64,000 nt of DNA from the human T2T-CHM13v2.0 reference genome, Homo sapiens. Shown here in pieces: positions 13,590 through 25,971 of this stretch (within the stretch, counting starts at the first letter, position 1; each line of letters opens with the position of its first letter). The DNA lies in NCBI RefSeq assembly GCF_009914755.1, contig NC_060935.1; one strand, written 5' to 3'. Both the position numbers and the translations under genes were made by a program. The notes below the pieces were generated by a model, which saw only the letters and a list, made by a program, of their open reading frames with translations, was not told the origin of the DNA and did no database searches.

Positions 13590-13960
13590 TAACCATTTTA
13601 TATACACATATAAAATTTTAAATATGTTTAAATTTTAATTTTATATATATAAAATCTTAAAATAGGTATTTTAAGATTGATAAAGTATATATTTTATAAA
13701 ATAAAATTTTAAATATATAATTTTAATTATATTACATATATAAATATATATATCATGTTTAGCTTGGAAATTTTTTATATAAAAACATTTTTATATAAAA
13801 ACATTTGTACTATAAAATTTTTATTTTATATATGTATAAATCTATTTTTACACAAAAATATATAAGTATAAATATATAAAAATTTATGTATTAATATATA
13901 AAATATATTTATATATTTATATTTATATTAATATATTTTATTTATATTTATATATAAAAA
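13590..13960. repeat. AT-rich low-complexity (TA-like) tract
   Basis: Almost pure A/T with degenerate TATA/ATTT units. Confidence 0.85.
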
Positions 13961-14010
13961 TCTCCAAGCTAAAGTGCAGAGAAGAAAGCACAGAAAAGAA
14001 CATAAGAAAT

Positions 14011-14412
14011 TATATTAGGCCATCTTGCATTGTATAAATAAATAACTTGAGACTGGATAATTTATAAAGAAAACAGGTTTAATCTCACAGTTCTGCAAGC
14101 TTTACAGGAAGTACGGTGCTTGCATCTGCTTGGCTTTTGGGGAGGCTTCAAGAAGCTTACAATCATGATGGAAGGTGAAGGGGCTATGGGCATGTCTCAC
14201 ATGGTGGGAGAAGCAGCGAGAGAGGGAGAGTAGGGAGGGAGGTTCCTCACACTTAACCAGATATCATGAGAACTTACTATCACAAGGACATTACCAAGCC
14301 ATGAGGGACACACCCCCATTACCCAAATACCACCCACCAGGCCCCACCTCCACTGTTAGGGATTACATTTCAACAGGAGATTTCAGTGGGGACAAATATC
14401 CAAACTATATCA
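14011..14412. mobile_element. MST-family MaLR solo LTR
   Basis: tatattaggccat...gagactggataatttataaagaaaa...tacaatcatgatggaagg...atccaaactatatca; TSD GAAAT/GAAAC. Confidence 0.85.
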
Positions 14413-16462
14413 GAAACATATGAAACACAATGAAACAATGATCTAACATACAAAATTAGAGTCTCAGAAAAGATAAAATGAGCAAAGATCAATATGTGAA
14501 GAAATAATAATTTAGAATTTTCCAAGCCTGATGAAAAATACTAATCCACAGTGTATAATTTCATTGTAACTCTCAAATGGTATATTGAAATCCTACAAAT
14601 ATTTCCAGGGATGCTTGGAGCCATGGTTTTGATCCTTGGCCAAACCAGAATAGAATATGCTACATAGGAATTAATGCAGTTTTGTGCTAACGTAGTTTTC
14701 CAAAAAATACCAAGAGGGAAATCTGTAACAGCTTGCCAATATTGCTTATAGAAAATTTATTGATTCATGGTTTGCATCTGGTTTCTGTTATGCTATCTTG
14801 GTTTCTGCTATTGAACCTGGTCCCATAGCCTGGTTTCAGCTACATGACAGGAGTAGTATAAAAGACCCCTACTTGAATGAGCTGTGCCTTCCCTGAAATC
14901 AAAATATCTTAGTAGTTCACTTGCTGGCCATAAAGCACAACCTTGTGACTGAGAGAGGTCTCTGGAATCTGTGTGGGTATTGTGGACCTCCTTTCTTACC
15001 CCTGCTGCTTTGTGTCCATATCTGTCACAAATCTTTCATGAGTGTGTGTGTGTGCATGCATACAAGTCTATGTTATGCTGTATTTTTATAAATATCTCTA
15101 ATAAGCTTAGAACATTTGTACATTTTAATGGAAAAAATATGTGAGTAAAATGTGAAAAAAGTCTGTATTTTTTTCTAATTAAGCATGTTAGCAATTGAAT
15201 TGGAGGAGAAAAAATGGTCACTTTTTGTATCAAAAGGTATCCTATATGATTTGGTTAAAGAAATACCTGAAAGCATAGAAGAGGAAAAAGATAGAGATGG
15301 AAATCATGAAAAAAAGATGATAGGCTTAAATAGTAGATCTATAAGACTTAATATGTAGACACAAAAGTTCTAGAAAAAAAGAAAGAGGAGTTTATAAAAG
15401 TGAAGAAACAAATGACTAACAGAATAATAGAAAATGTCTTTGTGTTGAAAATTTTTGAGAAGGCATGAATGTAGACCAAATAACTCATGACATTTCAGTC
15501 TGGATTAGTGAATAAAGACACACTAGACATAAAAAGGTATAATTTCTATACTGTGAGGGTAAAGAGAAAAGCTTTTAGGTAAAAAGGGTAAGTTATCTAA
15601 AAATAAAAATGACATTGGACTTCTCTTTTGTAATGATGGAAGCTAAAAAATTGTTCAATAGCAGTATAGACTAGTAGGATAAAGGGGCTTCAATACATCA
15701 GCCAAAATATCATCTCTCCCTAATGTAGTGAAATAAATGTTTAAGGATTTTCAAGAATTCAGAGCCTGTATCACTCAGATGTCCCCTGAGTTCACAATTC
15801 AAGAAAGTACTCCAAACAAATAACAAACCAAAAACAGAAATACCCCACAAAAAATTATGGACAAGGAAACAGAGAAAGCCAAGATATAAAATAAATAATA
15901 AACCAAAAGTTACATGTATAAAGGATGCAATAAATTATTAGTCATTATGCTAAATGTGAATGGACTGAATTTTTCAATAGAAAGAAACTCTCAGAGTCAC
16001 TCAAGTAACAAAATCCAACCCTATGCTGTTTTCTAGAAACATCTGTGAGGTGAGTAAAAAAAGATACGAGGCAAATGAGCAAAAATGTCAAATAATTGAA
16101 GGTTAATTTAAGAACTAAAGAAAGAGATTGGCCTTATATTTTGATAACAGGTACAATTTATGAAGAAGTATAATGCCATCAAACCTGCTAAATACATGGA
16201 GCAAAAATGCATAAATTTGAGTACTTGATTAAAAAAATACAGTTCTATGGGAAAATTCAATATTTGTGTTTCAGAATTAGAACTACGATACAATAAAATA
16301 AAGCCACGCACAGATTGAATAGTATAATAATCTGAATTTCAAAGGTATATATAGAAACCTTATAACCCTAGAATTGATAGTATATTTTGTGTACATAGAA
16401 CATTTACAAAACTGATTATGAGTTTTGCCATCTTCATCCTCAACTGATGAATGTGTTTTTAA

Positions 16463-17362
<900 letters not shown>

Positions 17363-17379
17363 AGAAAAGAAGCAAAGAG

Positions 17380-19030
17380 AACTTCCATACCCTTGCCCAT
17401 CCACACAATGCATTCACACACCTACCTGCATCAGTGCCCCTTTTTAGCTAGAAGCCTGTTCATGTAGTCACTAGTTTCCATCCATTCTTGCTCACATGCC
17501 ACATGCACCTAACTCCAGTAATTCCCCTCCCTTTAAATGTCAATTTTTCCCTCTATACTATATCCTTCCCATCATCAAGTATGCTGTCATTTCTCTAAAA
17601 CAAAACAATAAAATTTTCTGGGGCCCTGTTTTAGTTAGTGTAGGCTCTTATAACAAAATACCATAAACTAGATGGTTGACAATGACAGAAACTCACAGTT
17701 CTGGGGGTTGGAAGTCCAAGATCAAGGCACCAGCAGATTCAGTTTAGTGAGGGCCACTTCCTGGTTCATTTATGGCTGTCTTCTTGTAGAGTCCTCACAT
17801 GGCAGAAGGAACCAGGGAGATTTCTGGAACCTCTTTTATAAGGACACCAATTCCATTCATGAAGGCTCTGCCCTCACAACCTAATCATGTCCCAAAGTCT
17901 CCACCTCCTAATATCATCAGATTGAGGATTAGGTTTCAGCATATGAATTTGGGAGGACACATGTAGTCTATAGCAGGCCTACTTCCCTCTCAGCTACTGT
18001 ATCGTTTCTGTCCTTCCTTTTGAGCCAAACTTCTTAGAAAGTAGTCCATTGTCTTCAATTTTTTCTCCTTCCAGTCTTTTTTGGCCTAGTTCAATTAGGT
18101 TTCACCCTACCGTCTCACTGAAACTACTGTTTTCAAAGTAACTATTGATCTCAATGTTGCTAAATTCAATGGTCAGTTTTCAGTCTCATCTCGTTCTATC
18201 AGCAGAATTTGGCACAATTGATTTCAAGCATTTGGTACAATTAATCTCTCTTTCTACCTTGAAACATTTTCTTCACTTGGAGTTTTAGACAGCACACTCT
18301 TCAGGTTTTTCCTCTCTGGATGTTCTTTTTCATGCTTTTTTGAAAACAATTTTATTACCGCCTCCCAGGTCTGCTCCCTCTCTGTGACTTCTAAACAGTA
18401 GAGTGATTCCTCAGGGATCAGTCTTTGAATGTTCTATTCTCACTCCCGGAATGATCTTCCATGGCTTTAAATTCCACCTATAAGCTAGTGACTTCTAGTT
18501 TGTATCTACTGCTCAGACTTTGAATTCTAACTCCAAACTCCTTCCTTGTCAATTTGACTTCAATGTTTAATAGGCATCCCAAATTTACCAAAAATGTACT
18601 CCTGAAATGCCTCATAAACTTGGTTTTTTAAACAATCTTCTCAATCTCTTTCTTCCAGATTCCCAAGTCAGTATCTTAGATTTGCCTTTGACTCCTTTCT
18701 TTTGTCTTACCTCCCAATCTGTTCTGTCAGCAAATTCTTGCAGTTCTATCTTAAAAACCCAGAATATGACTACTTTCAGCACCACGACTGCTACCGGCCT
18801 CGCCCTAGACATCATTTTCTCTCATCTGGATTATTATAATAGCCTCTTAACTGGTCTGCTTGCTTCTGCCATTGCTGTACTCCAGGATACTTCATATAGA
18901 ACCAGGATGATTCTCTTAAAACATAATAGCTATTATTCACTTTGCCCAAAACCCTCAGCTGGCTTCCTAGTTTACTCAGAGTGAAAGCCAAGGAATTACA
19001 GTGACATATAGAGCTCTGCATGATATCTCT
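17380..19030 (+). mobile_element. L2 remnant, interrupted by MLT1A
   Basis: L2 hallmarks such as tctcatctggattattataatagcctcttaactggtct and catggctttaaattccaccta. Confidence 0.7.
17627..17975. mobile_element. MLT1A-type MaLR solo LTR
   Basis: ggaagtccaagatcaagg...tcctcacatggcagaagg...tttcagcatatgaattt; TG...CA termini; TSD GGCCC/GGCCT. Confidence 0.85.
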
Positions 19031-19854
19031 CTTCCTACCTTTCTCATTTCCCCCCATTTCTCTGATTCGTATTCCATTATTTCACTGCCTTATCCCATAT
19101 TAGCCATTCTGGACTAATTGTTATTTCTTCAACTTGCCATTCTTGTTTTCACTTTACTCCCTTCTTTCATTAATGAGGTGCTGTTGATTGATTCATTCAC
19201 TGCTTTAGGTACTGAGAATTAAAAAAATGAATGAAATAAAAATCTTTATCTTTTATGGATCCATTCTCTAGGTGGGAAGGTGTGGAGTAAGGAAAGATCA
19301 ATACCCACTAAATAAATAAGTAAAATTATTTATTGGGTGAGAGTAAAAATACAAACAAAAGAGTAACTCAAATTTTGTTACTTGTATTTGTGTGTGTGAC
19401 TGTTAATTTAATTATGCAGCATGAAGAAAAAATGTAAAAGGATACATACCAGAGAATTGATATGTTCAATGTGTATTGTTTATTGGGAGGGATTGATGTA
19501 AGTACAGACAGGAAGAAATTAGGGGCCTATAAGGAAGTCTCTCAAACTCTTAGTAAAAATGGAATACTACCACTTTTATTTTACCTTTATGCTTGTGGTA
19601 GACAAGCGAAGTGACAAGTTCTTTCAATTTGGCAAAGAAATCCTACAAGCATTTTTACCTTTTTGCAACACAGAGATGTCATTTAAAGTATATTAACAGC
19701 AACAAATGAACAAGTACTACAATCACTCATATTTGCAGACCTTTTAGATATTAAAGATCACTTTTACGAGGCATTGCAATAACTTCAAAAGTCCAGGTTT
19801 CTTATAAGATCTCTCTGAAGAAATAACACTTCCAAATATAAGTTTATATATAAA

Positions 19855-21342
19855 CGCCTCTATCCTCTTCCACACATTTACCACAGAAGATACAGTGTTC
19901 AATATAGGATCTTTGCGCTCAGCAAACCTGTGGGCACACGTCCTTCCAAAACAAAAATAGAACAAGATAATAACAGTATGAATATTTATACGGATATCTT
20001 TCATGGGACAGCAAAAATGTTCTATTTCATGGTTTTATGTGCATGTTAGAAACAATTTCAAAACCAAACCTAGAATTTATAGTTTCTCTTAAGATGCACA
20101 TACTCGTGAATGTAATATTCAGCACATTATAGCAATTTAATATAGTATGTTGTAACCAAACTAAAAAGAGTTTACCTTTTCTCTCACCCTACACTTGGTT
20201 ATCCTTTTGAGGTAGTTTTTGTATGAATCTTTATAATCTAAGCTTCTGATTTCTGGTTGTTATTGAGGTTGTTGGGCCCATCTTGCTAACTAGCATGCCT
20301 GAGTCCTTAGTATCAGTTGCCTAGAGTGTACATTTTCTTAATGCCAACGAATACTGGCTCCTCCTTTGCCAATAAAGCTTAAAGTTCTCCATGAAGAGTC
20401 CAGCTGAAGAAATGCTGTCTTAAATAAGGATAAATCACCCAAATCTGGCTGCTATATGAATATGAAAACTTGTTCCAAATGGGTAATCCTTAGAAAAAGG
20501 AAGCCATCAGAACAGAGCATCCATTTACCCATGTGATCCAGAGGTTTCTCATCTGAGAGGCAATTCTCAATCCTGAAGCTACTGGATCTATTAGCTTCTA
20601 AGACTGTCTTCAGGGGCCAAGGCCATGAATTCATCTTAGAGCAGTTCTAGTCATGTAGGATTTGAATGAAATTGCACTATCCATAAATCAACACACAGCC
20701 TTGGTGACTACTGTGGTCGATTTGACTCAGCTGTTCCTTAAATATATCGAGTAGGCTCTTAACTGAGGGTCTCTGCACTTGCTATTTCTTCCTCCTGGAA
20801 TGCTCCATCTCCCAGATATCTGCATTGTTCACACTTTCACATTCTGCAAATATCGCCTTAGCAGTGGCTTCTCTTGCTATTCAAAGAGAAATAGGACCCA
20901 CCCCCACTTTTCACCCCCAGCGCTGTATTCCTTGCCCCACTCTGATTTTCTCCATAGCAATGATTACCACCTGGTATACTACAATTCATTATTTGTGCCC
21001 CTTCAACAGAATGTAAGCTCCATGGAGGTAAGGGCTAGATGAGCAAGACTTTGGATATTTTATTCACTGCTAGACAGGGTCCAGAAAACTGACAGGCACA
21101 AATAAGATGCTCAATAATCGTACGGATTTTAGATGGACGAATAAAGGGACACTGCTTATTGGGAGTCAGCCAGTCTGGGAAAGGTCCTTCAAAGCTAGGG
21201 TTCAATTCCCCGACTTCCTCTTTCCCACATCGGGAAAGCAAGGAGGAAGGACGTGCGCCCACAGGTTTGCTGAGCGCAGGGGATCCTATATTGAACACTG
21301 AATCTTCTGCGGTAAATGAGTGGAAGAGCAAGCATAGAGGCG
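19855..21342. repeat. Dispersed inverted duplication of ~95 bp (19855-19947 versus 21245-21342)
   Basis: ggaaggacgtg(c/t)gcccacaggtttgctgagcgca...gatcctatattgaacactg..tcttctg(c/t)ggtaaatg is present in opposite orientations. Confidence 0.92.
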
Positions 21343-22300
21343 GAGAGTGGGAGCAGAGCTCCCTTGGCCCCTCCAGCCAATGGGAAGAGAGATTCGCTAG
21401 GTCAGGCGGTGGGGTCCAACCACCCACGCTGGCCCGCAGCCCTCTTAGCGGGTTTGCTCTTCTCTCAGGGGAGGAGGAAGGTGAGGCATTAAGGGCCAGA
21501 GTGCGTTCCCCTTTCTGGTGGAACAGCAAATGCCTGTTGATCCTTTCCTGTCCTTCTGAGGCCTGGCTTTTGGCGCTTATACCCTTTGCCACCGACGCCT
21601 GGTGAGACCGAGGTATGGAATGACTCTCCTCTTCTCTGGATGCGTACTTTGTCCACTCTAAAATGGGAAGTTGGGTTCTGTGCGAGTCCATCCAGCGTCC
21701 ACATTCTGTGTGGAAAATGAAAGGGATGTGGACTCAGGGCCCAAGAGGATGAGCTGCCAGGACACCCCAGGGTGGGACACTTCTGGGCATGGCGCCGGCC
21801 ATGACCAGGGTGGAAAAGCGACCTTGAGGGTGCGAGTCCACGGTCACCTGCAAGTAGTCTTCGGCTGGAGACCTAGTGTGGCCTGTATCCATTTGTCAAA
21901 TTCCAAAGAGATAAATGAATGCCTGCCAACTGTGCTTGAATTTGGCAGGCACTGCGTGCAGTGCCCGCTTCTTGAATCTCCTGGATTAAAGCGGTATGAA
22001 TAGCCCCACTTTCACCAGCCTTGACGAATGTAGGCAAGCCCCTCGCCTCTCTAACCAGGAGCAGGTGTTCGTCCTTCAGTCTGAAGCTATTCCCGCCACC
22101 TGTGTTCTGCCGTCTTTCATTCACTCTGAGTCTTCCCCTAGCCCCTCTCCCTACTGAAAACGAAACAAACCGCCTGAAAACTGCTTTGCAGGTGCAACAG
22201 CTGCTCTCACTGGTGCTCCAGGTTATCAGTATCTGTCTCTCCACTTCTCCCTAGCAAAGTTCAAGAAATATTAGTAAGGTAGCACATGCTTGCTCCCGGC
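21180..22300. promoter_or_regulatory. GC/CpG-enriched intronic element with an E-box cluster (candidate alternative promoter or enhancer)
   Basis: Locally raised GC and CpG; CACCTG 21845 and 22097, CAGGTG 22062 and 22189, CAGCTG 22198. Confidence 0.45.
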
Positions 22301-23729
22301 GTTGGTCATCCTCTCTAGCCTATAGTGCTTTAGTGCTTTAGCACCCCCACTCCCTCTACTCCAGCAGTGACCCAAAATTGCTCTCTCTATGCAAGTTAGC
22401 AATTATTGCCAACACGCCAAATTCAAGTACAGATGGCAGGCATTCATTTCTTTAACTTTTTGGAATTTGGCAAATGGATATTGCCTTTTTACCTTTTTAT
22501 TTCTCCACTTATTTAAGGAATGTATTCTAATGAGAGATAATTGTCAAAAATTGTCCTAAACTCAGTTGTGTTTTGAGTTAGGACAATTTGTGGTAATTAT
22601 TTTAAGTACATTTTGGTTTTTTTTATGTAGAGGTTTTGTTTTCTTTGCTTAGTTGTAATCTTCATATACCTGCCAACTGTTTTGCTGTATGACGAGGTCA
22701 TTTTAATGACTAAAAATCAAGTGTGTGCTATATTTTTATACATTCATTATAATTGAATCCTTATTGACAATTATTTACTATTCTAAACAAACACCCTTAT
22801 GCACAAAACTTTCTTTTCTGTATTTAGGATTTTTTTTTCAGTGGATGATTTCCCAAAGAAGATACTGTTTGAAAACTCATGCATGTTTGTAAAATTCTCA
22901 GTAGACATGCAGACATGCAGTTTTTCAAGAGTGTAGCAATTAACATTTATATAAACTCCTTTTATATGGTACTGCTTTTTAAAGCTTATTTTTGTCATTT
23001 TGTTCTTTGAGAAGGGCTGTTTCCTGGTTTGCATTAGTTGTGCTATCTGCCTAAGTTTGAAAATTTTCTGAAATACTTGTTAGCCATTTGCTTTTTGCTT
23101 TTTTTCCCCTTCTATGAATAGGCTATTCACAATAAATTTGCTTTATTGCTATTCTGATCTATTTGTATCATGTCATTTTAGGGATATGAACATTTTCAAG
23201 ACAATATTTTAGTGTGAACTGTAACTCATAAAAGACTGCACTGAGCATAAACATGCAGCTTGGTAAATGATTACCAAGTGTTCACTCATGTAAAACATCA
23301 GCAGGTCAAGGAATAGGACATTTGTTACCAGGACATAAGGCCCCCTTCATCCCCCTCCACCTCATCTCCACAGAGGTATTAGGAAATGGACTTTTATAAT
23401 AGCTACTTCATAATCTTGTTTGATTTGGCTTCTTTCACTAGTTATGAGATTTATTCTAGTGGCATATAGCTTCAATCATATGTTTTCTTTGCTGTTTAGG
23501 ATTTCATTGTACGAATTTACCACAATGTATTGATTGGTTCTACTATAGATGAACTCTTGGATCTTTTCAAGTGCTTAGGAATTACAAGCAGTGCTGCTGT
23601 AGTTATTGTATATCTCCTGGTATACCTACACACATATTTCTATTGGATATTTTCTAAGAACTTTAATTGCTCTGTCATAGTGTATGTATATTTCCAGTTT
23701 TAAGGAATAACCATTTTAGAATAGTATTT

Positions 23730-24870
23730 TTTAGAATTACAGAAATTTCTTGTCACCCAATTTCCCCAATTTTTAATATCTTGCATTACTATGGTATATT
23801 TGTCACAATGAAGACAATAAGGCAATTAAGTTGCACTTGATTTGAAGTTCACTAGTTTTTCCATAGTGTTCTTTTTCTATTCCTGAATATTACATTTTTC
23901 TATTCCTGAATATTACATTTTCATTTATTATTACAGTACAGTATTGTCCTGGGTGGACATCTTCAATTTTAGTAGTTAATACAAACAGTTTTAAAGTGGT
24001 TTTATTAATTTACACTTCAGTTGTCTATTTGCCATATTCCCTGTAAACATTTTTCTGTTTTTGGTTGGCCATTTGTGTTTGAATTCTAAGGACAAGAGGT
24101 TTTAATTTCAGCATAGTTAACGAACATTTTGTCTCTGTAGATTCCTCTGGTCTGTGAAAGTTTCTCAGTCTTTCCTTGTTTTCTGATGACCTTGACAGTT
24201 CTGAGAAGTACTAGTCAGGTAATTTGTATCATGGCCCTCACTTTGTTTTTTCTTATGGCTAGACTAGGATGATGGGTTTGGGGAAGGAATATCATGGTGG
24301 CAACATGCCATTCACAGTATCAATAGCACATACGATCACAATGACTTATGGCTGGTAATAGTAGCCTTGATCTTGGGAGAGTGTTTGTCAGGTTTCTCAC
24401 TAAAAAGTTTCTCCACTGTCCCCACCTGCTCCCATACTGCTGTCTTTGGAAAGAAATCAATAAGCACAGTCAGCGCTCTGGGAGGTGGGGTGCAGTTGGG
24501 TTAACCGCCACTTCCTGGAGGGAAGAATATCCTACACAAAGTATTTGGAAATCTTCTCTAAGAGAGATTTGTCTCTTTTCTCTCATATATTCGGACATTT
24601 GTCAATATCAGTACGGACTCATGGACATTTGCTTTGTACTTTGGGCTATAATCCAATACTGTTATTTATTTTGGCCATCAGGAGCTCTTTCTGGTTTTAT
24701 CTTAGGTCTTTTTGCATACCCCATTATTTTCCTTTCCTTATTTCTGGCACTATGAGATGCTATCGGCTCATCGTATCTATTCCCTGTCCCAGCCCTAGAA
24801 TCAGCAGTTTCTCAGAGGAGCCCTGATTCCTTTTATTGGCAAATGGTACAGTTAGAAACCAAAATTTGGG
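23730..24870 (-). mobile_element. Old L1M (L1MB/MC-type) 3'UTR, antisense
   Basis: gtttctcagtctttccttgttttctgatgaccttgacagttctgagaagtactagtcagg; ccctagaatcagcagtttctcagaggagccctgattccttttatt. Confidence 0.7.
23872..23917 (+). repeat. Perfect 23-bp tandem duplication
   Basis: tttttctattcctgaatattaca x2. Confidence 0.95.
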
Positions 24871-25044
24871 CCTGGGTGGACATCTCCAATTGTAGTAGTT
24901 AATTCAAACAGTTTTAAAGTGGTTTTATTAATTTACACTTCAGTTGTTTATTTGCCATATTCCCTGTAAACATTTTTCTGTTTTTGGTTGACCATTTGTG
25001 TTTGAATTCTAAGGACAAGAGGTTTTAATTTCAGCATAGTTAAC
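23948..25044 (+). repeat. 174-bp direct duplication (23948-24121 and 24871-25044)
   Basis: cctgggtggacatct...tttcagcatagttaac in both copies, 5 substitutions by eye. Confidence 0.96.
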
Positions 25045-25389
25045 AATATATCTTCAAATATTCATTGTGGTTCTTGGTCAATTCCCTTACTGTGTCCAAA
25101 CTGGTAAGTCCCTTCTTTCCTAAGTTGTGATGAATATTCTTTGCTGTTTTCTCCTCCCTGGTTTGAAGTATTAATGATGTACTACTTACTATATCTGGGA
25201 TTTATTATGAGGATACTAATTAATTCTTGTCAAAATGGTTTACAAGTTGTGCTAATGAACGACCCTGAATTATTTCCTCCCAATTATGGTGTCTCTTCTA
25301 TAATATATTGAAATCTAATGAGAATGTATTTTCTTGGCTATCTACTCTTTTTCTTTGATTTAATTATCATGACAGAAGTTGTACATTTA

Positions 25390-25715
25390 GGCCAGGCACC
25401 ATGGCTCATGCCTGTCACCTGTAATCCCAGCACTTTGGGAGGCCTAGGTGGGCAGATCACTTGAGGTCAGGAGTTGGAGACTAACATGGCCAACATGGTG
25501 AAACCCTGTCTCTACTAAAAATCCAAAAATAAATAAATAAATAAATAAATAAAATTAGCCAGGCATAGTGGCAGGCACCTGAAGTCCAAGTTACTTGGGT
25601 GGCTAAGCCATGAGAATCGCTTGAACCCAGGAGGGAAGGCAGAGGTTGCAGTGAGTGGAGATCCACCACTACACTCCAGCCTGGGCCACAGAGCGAGACT
25701 CCATCTCCAAAAAAA
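25390..25715 (+). mobile_element. AluS with (AAAT)n middle tract
   Basis: TSD GAAGTTGTACATTTA/GAAGTTGTTCACTTA. Confidence 0.92.
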
Positions 25716-25762
25716 CGAAGTTGTTCACTTAGCAGTAGAGGTTAGACTCTTGAAGTTTTTTC

Positions 25763-25971
25763 AACTGGGGGGAAATTTGCTGCCCTGGGGTCATTTGGCA
25801 ATATCTAGAGACATTTTTTGTTTGTCACAACTGTAGAAGATCCAGGGTTCTAATTGGCATCAAATAGGTAGAAGCCATGAATGCTGCTCAACATCATATA
25901 ACGCACGTATAGTATCCCCCAAGGAAATATCCAGCCTAAAATGTCAGTACTACTGAGGCTGGGAAACTGCT
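25763..25971. mobile_element. MER20-like hAT-Charlie relic
   Basis: ggtcatttggcaatatctagagacattttttgtttgtcacaactg...aaaatgtcagtactactgaggctgggaaactg. Confidence 0.75.

Noticed and set aside
21035-21691. 218-aa minus-strand ORF and overlapping 110-148 aa ORFs
   Set aside because: No recognisable domain. The ORFs are explained by local GC richness, and the end runs into an L2 tail.
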